DNA of 64,000 nucleotides from Alphaproteobacteria bacterium (GTDB lineage: Bacteria > Pseudomonadota > Alphaproteobacteria > JAAXGF01), in the NCBI GenBank assembly GCA_963555825.3, contig CAUVXB020000002.1, forward strand, positions 1,632,001 through 1,696,000, given 5' to 3'. The notes beneath the pieces are model-generated. The model did not search any database. It saw only the letters and a program-made list of their open reading frames with translations, and had not been told where the DNA came from. Shown here piece by piece: positions 52,045 through 64,000 of the stretch (positions are counted from its first letter, which is position 1; each line of letters begins with the position of its first letter). The translations under genes and the position numbers were made by a program.

Positions 52045-53286
52045 ATGACCAAGGCACTCGACGGCATCCGCATTCTCGACATGACGCATGTTCAGTCGGG
52101 ACCCACCGCGACCCAGATCCTCGCCTGGTTCGGCGCCGACGTGATCAAGGTCGAGCTGCCCGGCCGCGGCGACATCACGCGCGGCCAGCTGCGCGATAAG
52201 CCCGACGTCGACAGCCTCTATTTCACGATGCTCAACTGCAACAAGCGGAGCATCACGCTCAACACCAAGACCGAGCGCGGCAAGGCGATCTTCGCCAAGC
52301 TGATCGAGGCCTGCGACGTCATCGTCGAGAACTTCGCGCCCGGCGCCCTGGCGCGCCAGGGATTCGACTGGGAAACCATCCACGGCATCAACCCGCGCAT
52401 CGTCTACGCCTCGATCAAGGGCTTCGGCCCGGGGCCCTTCGAGGATTGCAAGGTCTACGAGAACGTCGCCCAATGCACCGGCGGCTCGGCCTCGACGACC
52501 GGCTTCGACGACGGCCCGCCACTCGTCACCGGCTCGCAGATCGGCGATACGGGTAGCGGCATCCACTGCGTCGCGGGCATCCTGGCGGCGCTCATTCACC
52601 GCGACAAGACCGGGCTCGGTCAGCGCGTCGAGGTCGCCATGCAGGACGCCGTACTCAACCTCTGCCGGGTCAAGCTGCGCGACCAGCAGCGCCTCGCCCA
52701 CGGCCCCCTCAGGGAATATCCGCAGTACCCCAACGGCCAGTTCGGCGAGGCCGTGCCGCGCGCCGGCAACGCCTCGGGCGGCGGCCAGCCGGGCTGGGCG
52801 GTGCAGACCAAGGGCAACGGCCCCAACGACTACATTTATGTCATCATCCAGCCGCCCGCCTGGGCCAAGCTGATGACCATCATCGGCCGCGAGGAGCTGA
52901 TCGAGGACCCCGAATGGGCGACGCCCGAGGCGCGCCTGCCCAAACTCGACCAGTGCTTCGCGATGATCGAGGAATGGACCAAGACCAAGGACAAGTTCGA
53001 GGTCATGGAGATCCTCAATCGCGAGAACCTGCCCTGCGGCCCGATCCTCAGCATGAAGGAGCTGTTGGAGGACGAATCGCTCGCCGCGCGCGGCACCATT
53101 GTCGAGGTCGAGCACCCCGAGCGCGGTGTCTTCAAGACCGTCGGCAACCCGATCAAACTGTCGAACTCGCCGGTCGAGGTGACCACCTCGCCGCTCTTGG
53201 GTGAGCACACCGACGAAATCCTCAAGCGGGTCGTCGGCCTCGACGACGGCGAGATCGCGGCGGCGCGCGAAGCGGGCGCGGTCTGA
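52045..53286 (+). CDS. frc: Formyl-CoA:oxalate CoA-transferase (class III)
   Basis: [29 protein letters not shown], catalytic Asp in IGDTGSG and glycine loop [10 protein letters not shown]. Confidence 0.92.
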   Translation: MTKALDGIRILDMTHVQSGPTATQILAWFGADVIKVELPGRGDITRGQLRDKPDVDSLYFTMLNCNKRSITLNTKTERGKAIFAKLIEACDVIVENFAPGALARQGFDWETIHGINPRIVYASIKGFGPGPFEDCKVYENVAQCTGGSASTTGFDDGPPLVTGSQIGDTGSGIHCVAGILAALIHRDKTGLGQRVEVAMQDAVLNLCRVKLRDQQRLAHGPLREYPQYPNGQFGEAVPRAGNASGGGQPGWAVQTKGNGPNDYIYVIIQPPAWAKLMTIIGREELIEDPEWATPEARLPKLDQCFAMIEEWTKTKDKFEVMEILNRENLPCGPILSMKELLEDESLAARGTIVEVEHPERGVFKTVGNPIKLSNSPVEVTTSPLLGEHTDEILKRVVGLDDGEIAAAREAGAV

Positions 53287-53311
53287 CAGGCGCGGGACCG
53301 GAGGCGGAAGC

Positions 53312-54229
53312 ATGCGCATCGTCGTCAACGGACAACAGGCCTTCGGCAAGGCGGTGCTCGATGCGCTGATCGAGCGCGGCGAGGACGTCGTCGCGGTCTA
53401 CGGCGCGCCCGAGAAAGCGGGCCAGCGCGCCGATCCGCTGAAGCAGGCGGCGCTCGAACACGGCTTGCCGGTCTACCAGCCGGCGTCGTTCAAGACGGCG
53501 CAGGTGCGCGACGAATTCGCCGCGCTCGAAGCCGACCTCGCCGTCATGGCCTTCGTCACGCTGTTGGTGCCCGAGACGATCTTGAACCTGCCCGCCAAGG
53601 GCACGATCCAGTATCACCCGTCGCTGCTGCCGCGCCACCGGGGCCCGAGCTCGATCAACTGGCCGATCATCCAGGGCGCGACGAAGACCGGGCTGACCAT
53701 CTTCTGGCCCGACGAGGGCCTCGATACCGGACCGGTGCTGCTGCAGAAAGAGATCGAGATCGCCGATGACGCGACGCTCTGCAGCCTCTACTTCGACCAC
53801 CTGTTCCCGATGGGCGTCCAGGCCATGGTCGAGGCCGTCGATCTGGTGCGCGATGGCACGGCGCCCCGCATCGCGCAAGACGAGCGGCAGACCACCTACG
53901 AGAGCTGGTGTCGCGCCGCCGACGTCGAGATCGATTGGACGAGGCCGCAGCAGGAAGTCTGGAACCTGATCCGCGGCGCCAATCCACAGCCCGGCGCCTG
54001 GACGCGCCACGACGGCGAAACGCTGCTGCTCTACGACGCGGCCAAGCTGCCGGCCGCCGGCGCGCATCGCCCGGGCGAGGTGGTCGCGGCGGACGCCAAG
54101 GGCATCACCGTCGCCGCCGGCGACGGCTATATCCAAATCCATCGTGTCCGCCCCGAGGGCGGCAAGAAGATCGATGCCGCCGACTTCGTTGCGGCAAGCA
54201 GCCTGACTGCGGGAGCCGTTCTAGGCTGA
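53312..54229 (+). CDS. Fmt-like formyltransferase (resembles the 10-formyl-THF dehydrogenase N-terminal domain)
   Basis: GQQAFG, YHPSLLPRHRGPSSINW, WPDEGLDTGP and NPQPGAW. Confidence 0.85.
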   Translation: MRIVVNGQQAFGKAVLDALIERGEDVVAVYGAPEKAGQRADPLKQAALEHGLPVYQPASFKTAQVRDEFAALEADLAVMAFVTLLVPETILNLPAKGTIQYHPSLLPRHRGPSSINWPIIQGATKTGLTIFWPDEGLDTGPVLLQKEIEIADDATLCSLYFDHLFPMGVQAMVEAVDLVRDGTAPRIAQDERQTTYESWCRAADVEIDWTRPQQEVWNLIRGANPQPGAWTRHDGETLLLYDAAKLPAAGAHRPGEVVAADAKGITVAAGDGYIQIHRVRPEGGKKIDAADFVAASSLTAGAVLG

Positions 54230-54266
54230 GCGATAGAAACGTTACGCAAGCATGGGGAATCGAACG

Positions 54267-54701
54267 ATGCAAGTTTCAGACATTCTCAAGACCGACCAAG
54301 ACGTCGTCACCATTGCCACCGACCGGACCATCGCCGAGGTCGCTCACACTTTGGCGGGCACGCGCGTCGGCGCCATCGTCGCGACCGACACGTCGGGCAA
54401 GCTGGCCGGCATCATCTCGGAACGCGACATCGTCCGCGCGCTCAACGAGCATGGCGCCGCGTTGCTCGCCATGCGCGTCGAGGAACTGATGACCAGCTCG
54501 GTCATCACCTGCACGCCCGACAGCAGCATCGTCGAGGTCATGAAGCTGATGATCGAGCACCACATCCGCAACCTTCCGGTGCTGGAGGATGGCGTGCTGG
54601 TCGGCGTTGTCACCATCCTCGACGTGGTGCGCTCGCGCCTCGCCGAGGTCGAGACCGACTACGGCACCCTGCGCGAGTTCATGGCCACGCGCATCGAGTA
54701 G
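54267..54701 (+). CDS. CBS-pair protein
   Basis: GIISERDIVR, IRNLPV and GVVTILDVV. Confidence 0.88.
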   Translation: MQVSDILKTDQDVVTIATDRTIAEVAHTLAGTRVGAIVATDTSGKLAGIISERDIVRALNEHGAALLAMRVEELMTSSVITCTPDSSIVEVMKLMIEHHIRNLPVLEDGVLVGVVTILDVVRSRLAEVETDYGTLREFMATRIE

Positions 54702-54715
54702 GCGCATCGCGCCGT

Positions 54716-54744
54716 CTTGTTGGCGCCGGGAGGGATGCCCATAT
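54716..54744 (+). promoter_or_regulatory. RpoH (sigma32)-type promoter of clpB
   Basis: CTTG-N18-CCCATAT about 100 nt upstream of clpB. Confidence 0.7.
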
Positions 54745-54846
54745 AATCTGTGACCGCTCTTCGGAGGGTCGCACGAGGGATCGGCCGCTTTTCGGAGGGC
54801 CGCTCACGCACCTGACCGCTCAGCCGAGGGTTATGGGAGACGCCGC

Positions 54847-57444
<2,598 letters not shown>

Positions 57445-57478
57445 CGCCGTTCAATTCAGACACAGAGATGGGTTGCTC

Positions 57479-57507
57479 GTAGGGGCGGGTTTGAAACCCG
57501 CCCCTAC
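57479..57507. repeat. GTAG-type REP palindrome
   Basis: GTAGGGGCGGGTTT-G-AAACCCGCCCCTAC, perfect 14-bp arms, just 3' of clpB. Confidence 0.85.
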
Positions 57508-57521
57508 ATCGTTTCGGATAT

Positions 57522-57544
57522 CTCCGTGACTCCGTGTCTCCGTG
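57522..57544. repeat. CTCCGTG x3 (period 8) short repeat
   Basis: CTCCGTGa-CTCCGTGt-CTCCGTG, partly complementary to CACAGAGAT at 57461. Confidence 0.6.
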
Positions 57545-57617
57545 GTTCCCAATAGACAGGTCACCGGTCGGGGCCGATACTCTCGCGAGCAACACGCACA
57601 GATCGGGCGGGTCAGCC

Positions 57618-58988
57618 ATGCCGAGCCGGAGCAAGCCTCTCTCAGCGCCATACAGCGCATATCATCGTGTCGAGATCGAAGACTTCGACGAGGTGTTGAC
57701 GCAAGTCGGGCGCGGCACGCCCTGCGGCGAGTACCTGCGCCGCTTCTGGCAGCCGGTCGCGGTGTCGTCGGAACTCGGCGACCTGCCGCGCGCCATCCGC
57801 ATCATGGGCGAGGACCTAGTCGTCTTCCGTGACGGCGGCGGGCGCGTCGGCGTGCTCGAGCGGCGCTGTTGCCACCGCGGCACATCGCTCGAGTACGGCA
57901 AGGTCATGGAGCGCGGAATCGCGTGCTGCTACCACGGTTGGCACTACGACGTCGACGGCACCATCATCGACACCCCCGGCGAGCCGCCCGAAAGCCGCAT
58001 CAAGGACCGCACCTTCCAGGGCGCCTATCCGGCGCGCGAGCAAGACGGCCTGGTGTTCGCCTATCTGGGGCCGCCGGCGGCGATGCCCGAGCTGCCGCGC
58101 TACGACGCCTTCGAACGGCCGGATGCCGAGTTCCGCATCAACAAGCGCTTGAGCCCGTGCAATTGGCTGCAGGTGCGCGAGAACGAGATGGACCCGATCC
58201 ACCTGTCGTTCCTGCACACGCGGCTGTTCGGCGTGCAGTTCACGCCAGTCTACGGCGATATCCCGGCGATCGAATGGCAGGAGACGCCGATCGGCATGAT
58301 CTACCTCACCACGCGGCGCTGGAAGGACCGCCTGTACCTGCGCACCAACGACATGATCCTGCCCAACGTGGTGCGTGTCGCCGGCATCGAGGACGGCGAG
58401 GGCGAAACCCTGTTCGACCGGCGCGGCAGTTCGCTCAACTGGGTCGTGCCGATCGACGACACCGCCTCGATGTCGATCGGCTATTCCGACATCGACAAAT
58501 CGCTCACACTCGACGGCCAGAACGGCTACATCGACCGCATGGCGCGCGACAACGCCCACGCGGTCGGCGCCGGCGATGTCGGCCAGACCGGCGAGCCGAG
58601 CTACGAGGAACGCCAGCGCGCGCCGGGCGACTGGGACGCCTGGGTCTCACAAGGCCCGATCACAATACATGGCCGCGAGCGTCTCGGCACGACCGACGGC
58701 GGCGTCATCCTCTACCGCAAGCTATTGAGGCGCGAGATTCGCTTAACCGCCAGGGGTGGCACGCCGATGAACACGCGCCTTGCCGCGGATGTTCCGGTCG
58801 CGACCTATTGCCACAACACGGTGATTGTGGTGCCACCGGCGACGACGCCCGAGGCCGACCGCGCGCTGTGCTTCGCCTTCGGCCGCGAGGTCACGCGCCG
58901 CGTTCTGGCGGGCGAGTACCCGAAAGATACGCTGGGCGCGGCGCCGCGCGCCGCACTCGACGCCTTCGACTTCCCGCCCACGGGTTAA
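57618..58988 (+). CDS. Rieske non-heme iron oxygenase alpha subunit (phthalate 4,5-dioxygenase/LigXa-like)
   Basis: GTPCGEYLRRFW, Rieske CCHRG...CCYHGW and Fe site ENEMDPIHLSFLH. Confidence 0.9.
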   Translation: MPSRSKPLSAPYSAYHRVEIEDFDEVLTQVGRGTPCGEYLRRFWQPVAVSSELGDLPRAIRIMGEDLVVFRDGGGRVGVLERRCCHRGTSLEYGKVMERGIACCYHGWHYDVDGTIIDTPGEPPESRIKDRTFQGAYPAREQDGLVFAYLGPPAAMPELPRYDAFERPDAEFRINKRLSPCNWLQVRENEMDPIHLSFLHTRLFGVQFTPVYGDIPAIEWQETPIGMIYLTTRRWKDRLYLRTNDMILPNVVRVAGIEDGEGETLFDRRGSSLNWVVPIDDTASMSIGYSDIDKSLTLDGQNGYIDRMARDNAHAVGAGDVGQTGEPSYEERQRAPGDWDAWVSQGPITIHGRERLGTTDGGVILYRKLLRREIRLTARGGTPMNTRLAADVPVATYCHNTVIVVPPATTPEADRALCFAFGREVTRRVLAGEYPKDTLGAAPRAALDAFDFPPTG

Positions 58989-59211
58989 AGCCCGCCGGCG
59001 AACGCCACCACTGCTTCAACCGCGGCGGCCAGATTGTCGGTATCGCTGACACCCGAGGCCTTGCGCGGCTTGAGCGAGTGGTCGCCGTCGGTCATCCGTG
59101 ATGCGGATGGCGGGCGACAGCGTGTAGCCCGCCACCTCGGCGCGCGCGCCGAGCGCGTCGCGCTCGCCCTGGACGATCAGCGTCGGCGTCGCCAGCGTCG
59201 CCAGATGCGTA

Positions 59212-60387
59212 ATACCAGTGAGCGCCTGAATTGACTCTCGGGATATTCATTGATGGCGGATGATGGCGGATTGTGATTCTATGGTCTCCCACCAGATGTG
59301 GGGGATGTCATGGGATCAGCACTCAAGATACGGGATGATTTGACGCCTTTGGAGCTTCGGCGCTGGGCTCGCGTGGAATCGTACGGTCGAGCGGCGGCGC
59401 GGGCCTATGGGATCGCGAATGCTTTGGAGGAGATGCCCCGGGCTGATGCCGCGCGGCTTGCGGGGATGGATCGCCAAACGCTTCGCGACGCGGTTGTTCG
59501 TTACAATGCAAAGGGATTGGAGGGGCTTCACGACCGTCCAAAGGGCTACTCGCCGCGGCGGCTGACGGCAGACGAGGAAGCGGCGCTGGCGGCGGTCATC
59601 ATCGCCGGGCCGGAGCCTGAGCGCGACGGGGTTTGCGCCTGGACCCGGGCCGATCTGTGCCGCTGGCTGGAGGAGCGCTTCGCCAAGACCTACCACCCCT
59701 CGAGCATGACCCGGGTTCTACGGCGGATGGGATTTTCCCGCCAGAAGGCGCGCCCGAGCCACCCGCGAAGGGACGCCGAAGCGCAGGAGCGCTTCAAAAA
59801 AGGGGGCTTCGCGACATCCTGAAGGCGACCGCCGCGGCGCATCCCGACAAGCGCCTACAGCTGTGGTTTCAGGATGAAGCGCGCGTCGGCAACAAGGGCC
59901 GGGTGTGTCACCGGTGGTGGCGCAGGGGCGAGCGTGCCCCCGGGACGCGTCAAATCGGCTACCAGTGGGCCTACATCTTCTCCGCCGTGCGCCCGGACAC
60001 CGGCGACGACGTCACCCTGGTGATGCCGAGCGTCAACGCCAAGGTCATGGACCTGTTTCTCGCACACTTCGCCGATACCCTGGACCAGGATGCGCACGCC
60101 GTCATGATGTGCGACGGCGCCGGTTGGCACGACGAGCGCGCCCTCACCGTCCCCGACAACGTCACCTTGGCGCTGTTGCCGCCTTACAGTCCCGAACTCA
60201 ACCCCGTCGAGCGGGTTTGGCTCTACCTACGCGAACGCTTCCTATCGCTCCGCGGCCTCGACGACACCGAGGCCATCATCGACGCCTGTTGCCAAGCATG
60301 GATCGACCTCATCGCAGAACCGGATCGTATGCGAACCCTCTGCGCCTATCCATGGATCATGAAGGTGATTTCATAGGCTCACTGCTA
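59212..60387 (+). mobile_element. IS630-family element (second type)
   Basis: Ends ATACCAGTGAGC / GCTCACTGCTA with TA duplicated at 59210-59211 and 60388-60389. Removing it restores the host reading frame. Confidence 0.9.
59310..60376 (+). CDS. IS630 transposase encoded as two ORFs joined by a -1 frameshift
   Basis: HTH ORF (to 59822) and DDE ORF (FQDEARVG, DGAGWH, PYSPELNPVE) overlap at AAAAAAGGGGG 59796-59806. Confidence 0.92.
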
Positions 60388-60777
60388 TAAGACGTTCGGG
60401 GGCCGCCGGCTTGCCCGGCGCGTGGAACGGGTAGCCCAGGCAAACCAAGCCGCGCACGCCCGCCTGGTCGGCCAGCATGCTGGCGATGCGCCCGCCGAGC
60501 GACTTGCCGCCGATGACCAGCCGGCCGGGCCCGAGCGTCGTGATAACCGCGCGCCAGGTCTCCAGCAGTACCGGCGCCCGGTCGGGCGGCCGGCGCGTGC
60601 CGTCGATGCGCCGCCTGTTCATGTAGGGAAACTCGAAGCGCGCCACGCGCAGCCCGGTGGCGGCCAGACCGGCCGCGATCGTCGCCATGAAGGGGCTGTC
60701 CATCGGGGCGCCGGCGCCGTGCGCCAGCGCGATCGTCAATTCGGCGTCGTCGGGCCCGTCGAAAACGAGCGACGTGT

Positions 60778-63294
60778 TCAGCACGCCTCGGCGTGGACGC
60801 TCGCCAGCTGCGTGCCGCAGGCGGCGCCCTGAACGGCGGTTGTGGCGCCGGCCTCGGCGACGCGCTGCATCAAGGGCAGCGCGCTGAGCTGTGCGTCGAT
60901 CGTGGCGCGCACGCGTTCGAAAGCGGCCAATGACGCGCCTTCGAGCTTGACGCCGGTCGGCAGGCGGACGCTCAACGGGTTCATCTGGCGGCCATTGCGC
61001 AGCACCTCGTAATGCAGGTGCGGGCCGGTCGCGTTGCCGCTCGCGCCGACATAGCCGATGATCTGGCCCTGGCGCACGCGCTTGCCCTTCTTGACGCTCT
61101 TGGCGATGCCCTTCATATGCGCGTAGGCCGTCGCGTACTTGCCCTTGTGCCGGATACGGACATAGCGACCGTAGCCGCCGTTCCAGCCGGCCGCCTCGAC
61201 CACACCGCCGCCGGCGGCCACGATCGGCGTGCCCGTCGCCGCGCCGAAATCGACGCCCCGGTGCATCTTGGTGTAGCCGTTGATCGGGTGCTTGCGCTTG
61301 CCGTAGCCCGAGGTCAGCCGGGCGTCGTCGATCGGCGTGCGCAGCAGCGCCTTGCGGATGCTGTGGCCGTCCTCGTTGTAGTACTCGACCGCGCCGCCCG
61401 CGAGCACGTGGCGGTAGATGCGGAGCGGTTTGCCGCTGAGCGTCAGCTCGCCATACAGCATGGCGCCCTCGCGCGTCATCAGGCCGGTGTCGTCGATGAA
61501 GCGCTCGAACAACACCGTGAAGCTGTCGCCACGCTGGATCTCGCGCTGGAAGTCGACGTCGAAACTGAACGCCTTGATCGTCTCCATCAGTACGGACACC
61601 GGTACGCCGACGTCGATGGCCGACTGATAGAGGCTCGAATCGATGCGCCCGCCGACGTGGATCAGCTCGCGCGCCATCGGCACCTCGACCTCGCGCGCGG
61701 CGTAGAAGTCGCCGGCCGCCGCGCGGCCGACCTCGACGCTGTAGCCGGGCGACGAGGCGAGCGTGATGCCGTGCAGCGCCGCGCGGCCGGCCGCCTCGTC
61801 GGGATCCATGACCACGGTCAACACTTGGCCGACCTTCAGCTTGTGCGGATTGTAGAGCTCGCTGAGCGCGACGATCGCATCATGCGCCTGGCGCGGATCG
61901 CAGCCGGCGCGCATCAGCGCGACCATCAGGGTATCGCCGGGCTTGAGCTTCATGCTCTTGCGCACCGCGCCCTCGGGCGCCGGCGCCAGCGCGACCTCGG
62001 GACGTTTCGGCAGATCGACGCCCTCGATCACCGCGTCGAGCGCATCGCTCAGCGGCGCCTTGGTTGGCGTCGAGCTGAAATCGCCGTCGGTCTGGCGCCC
62101 GGCGACGAGGTGCGAATCCTTGCCCAGCGTCAGGCTCACCGCGGCGAGGCGGAGCCGCCCGGCGCTTGCCGGGATGAACACGACGGTCAGTTCCTGGCCG
62201 ACCTGCAGGCGGCGCGGGTTGAAGTGGCGGCTGAGCGCGGTGATCGCCGCGTTGGCCTCCTTCTTGTCGCTGCCGGCGCGGCGCAGGACGCGCATCAATG
62301 TGTCGCCCTTGCGGATGATCACGGTCTTCTCGACCGCATCGTCGCGCCGTGAGGCCGGCATGGTCGGCGCCGCGGGCGCGCGCGCCGGCTCGACGGCATC
62401 GGCGTCGGCTTCGGGCACGGGCTCGGTTAGCGCGGCCGTCGTTGTCTCTTCGGCGGCCGCCTTCTCCGACGCGGCCGTTTCGGCGGCCTCTGCGGCGGCG
62501 AGCGCTTGCGCCGGCTCGATCGGCGCCTCGGCCTTGTTGGCGGTGAAGCCGCCGTCGCCGTTGCGTCCGGCGATGACGTAACCCTTCTGGCCGAGCGTCA
62601 GGCTGACGGCGGCGAGCCGCGGCCGGGTTTCGCCCGGCGCGAAGATCACGGTGAGCTGCTGGCCGACCTGCAGGCGGCGCGGGTTGAAATGACGGACCAA
62701 TGCGTCGATCGCCGCGCCGGCCTCGCGCGGCGCGTCGCCGGCGCGCAGCAGCACCTTCATCAGCGTTTCGCCCTTGTGCACCGTCATCGTGCGCGTGCCG
62801 CCCCGGTTGGTGAGCGGCGCGTCGAAGCGGGGCACGAAGACCGCCGCCGCGCGCGCGGCGACATAGCGCCTGCCTTCGCGCTGGACGACCAGATAGCGGC
62901 CCTTGGCGAGCGCCAGATTGACGACCGCGAGGCGCGGCGCGCCCGCGCCGCGGTCGTCGAAGACCAGCGTCAGCTCGTGGCCGACGCGCAGCTTGCGGGG
63001 ATCGAAGCGCTTCTTGATGGCGACGATAGCGGCGCCCGCGTCGGCCCGCGCGCTGCCGGCGCTGACGAGCAGCCCCATCAGCGTATCGCCCTTGGCGACC
63101 GTGACGTTGCGGACGATGGCGTGATCGGTTTCGGCGGCCGGGTTCGTCGCCGCGAGGCTGGTGGGGATGGATTGTGCGCTCAGCGCGGCCGCGGCAATCG
63201 GTGGTTCGGCGTGCTCTGGCGTCAAAGATGCGAGGAAACCGGCCATGAACAAGCCGGCGATGCCCGCAACCATCCCCCTTGGGTCTTGCCTCAT
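60778..63294 (-). CDS. M23-family peptidoglycan DD-endopeptidase with four tandem N-terminal modules
   Basis: HRGVD and TGPHLHYEV motifs; four GDTL/GETL...AG...L.VG modules. ATG start at 63294 inferred. Confidence 0.9.
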   Translation of the reverse strand: MRQDPRGMVAGIAGLFMAGFLASLTPEHAEPPIAAAALSAQSIPTSLAATNPAAETDHAIVRNVTVAKGDTLMGLLVSAGSARADAGAAIVAIKKRFDPRKLRVGHELTLVFDDRGAGAPRLAVVNLALAKGRYLVVQREGRRYVAARAAAVFVPRFDAPLTNRGGTRTMTVHKGETLMKVLLRAGDAPREAGAAIDALVRHFNPRRLQVGQQLTVIFAPGETRPRLAAVSLTLGQKGYVIAGRNGDGGFTANKAEAPIEPAQALAAAEAAETAASEKAAAEETTTAALTEPVPEADADAVEPARAPAAPTMPASRRDDAVEKTVIIRKGDTLMRVLRRAGSDKKEANAAITALSRHFNPRRLQVGQELTVVFIPASAGRLRLAAVSLTLGKDSHLVAGRQTDGDFSSTPTKAPLSDALDAVIEGVDLPKRPEVALAPAPEGAVRKSMKLKPGDTLMVALMRAGCDPRQAHDAIVALSELYNPHKLKVGQVLTVVMDPDEAAGRAALHGITLASSPGYSVEVGRAAAGDFYAAREVEVPMARELIHVGGRIDSSLYQSAIDVGVPVSVLMETIKAFSFDVDFQREIQRGDSFTVLFERFIDDTGLMTREGAMLYGELTLSGKPLRIYRHVLAGGAVEYYNEDGHSIRKALLRTPIDDARLTSGYGKRKHPINGYTKMHRGVDFGAATGTPIVAAGGGVVEAAGWNGGYGRYVRIRHKGKYATAYAHMKGIAKSVKKGKRVRQGQIIGYVGASGNATGPHLHYEVLRNGRQMNPLSVRLPTGVKLEGASLAAFERVRATIDAQLSALPLMQRVAEAGATTAVQGAACGTQLASVHAEAC

Positions 63295-63367
63295 CCGGCA
63301 CCCCCGTTCAAACGTTGTACTCCCCGGCCGCGCGCATTGCTCCCCCTGGCGCGGCGTATTGGGGCGC

Positions 63368-63396
63368 AAGATGCTGTGGACGCCGCAATTTGTCAA
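63368..63396 (-). promoter_or_regulatory. Putative sigma70 promoter of the M23 gene
   Basis: TTGACA-N17-CATCTT on the minus strand. Confidence 0.55.
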
Positions 63397-63414
63397 TGAT
63401 TTGGTACACTTCTA

Positions 63415-64000
63415 GTGTCCTGATCGATAAATTGATATGATTATGTCTCTATTTGTTTTTAGGAGGCGCGATTGATGGCGAGAGTGGCGGTGACGATCTC
63501 TTTGAGCGATGACGAGCGCGCCGAATTGGAGGCGCTGTCTCGTCGTCGCAAGACGTCGCAGGGGCTTGCGCGGCGGGCTCGGATCGTCTTGGCGGCGGCG
63601 GAAGGGTTGGAGAACAAGGAGATCGCCGTTCGTCTCGAGGCGAGCGCGGACACCGTGGGCAAGTGGCGTCGCCGCTATGCGGCGGAGGGCCTCGACGGTC
63701 TGTACGACGAACCCCGCCCCGGCGCGCCGCGTCAAATCGGCGATGACGCCATCGCGGAAGCGGTCCGGCTGACGCTGGAAGAGACGCCGCCGGACGCGAC
63801 CCATTGGAGCCTTCGCTCGATGGCGCGGGCGAGCGGCCACGCGCCCTCGACCATTCATCGCATCTGGCGGGCCTTCGGCTTGCAGCCGCATCGCTCGGAG
63901 ACCTTCAAGCTGTCGAGCGATCCCTTCTTCGTGGAGAAGGTCCGCGACATCGTCGGTCTGTATTTGGCGCCGCCGGATCGTGCCCTGGTTCTCTGTGTCG
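63415..64000 (+). mobile_element. IS630-family element, copy 2 of the 2328 element (truncated by window end)
   Basis: Matches the copy at 2328 by eye except GTGTCCTGAT vs GTGTCCCGAT in the left IR. CTAG site at 63412. Confidence 0.95.
63475..64000 (+). CDS. IS630 transposase, 5' part
   Basis: Same sequence as the ORF starting at 2388. Confidence 0.93.
   Translation, partial: MARVAVTISLSDDERAELEALSRRRKTSQGLARRARIVLAAAEGLENKEIAVRLEASADTVGKWRRRYAAEGLDGLYDEPRPGAPRQIGDDAIAEAVRLTLEETPPDATHWSLRSMARASGHAPSTIHRIWRAFGLQPHRSETFKLSSDPFFVEKVRDIVGLYLAPPDRALVLCV

Larger units (their letters stand above)
58985..60784 (-). pseudogene. Alpha/beta hydrolase (KANL3/Tex30-like) split by IS630 and frameshifted
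   Basis: 5' part has HGAGAPMDS, GGKSLGGR and GYPFH. The 3' part (59209-58985) has TPTLIVQGERD and, after a frameshift near 59097, DGDHSLKPRK. Confidence 0.88.

Noticed and set aside
49476-52082. Long antisense and alternate-frame ORFs (this 868-aa one, also 2325-4295, 3509-5437, 13135-15417, 54820-56955 and many Arg/Ala-rich ORFs)
   Set aside because: Shadow frames of high-GC3 genes with no recognisable motifs.

Overview
High-GC alphaproteobacterial (Rhodospirillales-like) chromosomal segment. The backbone is housekeeping: cobTS, aroKB, xerD, accA, secA, argJ, mutT, comF, ubiG, lysC, rodZ, ispG, hisS, hemA, prfA, prmC, clpB and an M23 peptidase. Accessory material is interspersed: a malyl-CoA lyase, an AraC/MFS/EamA block, a MazF-like toxin-antitoxin pair, a tctCBA-gntR-ThDP enzyme-frc-formyltransferase cluster (probable oxalate/formyl-CoA use) and a Rieske oxygenase. 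Mobile DNA comprises part of an IS1595, two near-identical IS630 copies in CTAG sites, a second IS630 type with a -1 frameshift that disrupts a hydrolase gene, a ~280-bp MITE and a GTAG-type REP. The least explained feature is a five-copy modular intergenic repeat. It has conserved hairpins with a compensatory change, 1-5 copies of an internal 20-nt unit and inverted hairpin loops, and it usually lies just 3' of a stop codon next to accessory genes. No tRNA, rRNA or CRISPR array was seen. Product calls come from recalled motifs, not database searches.
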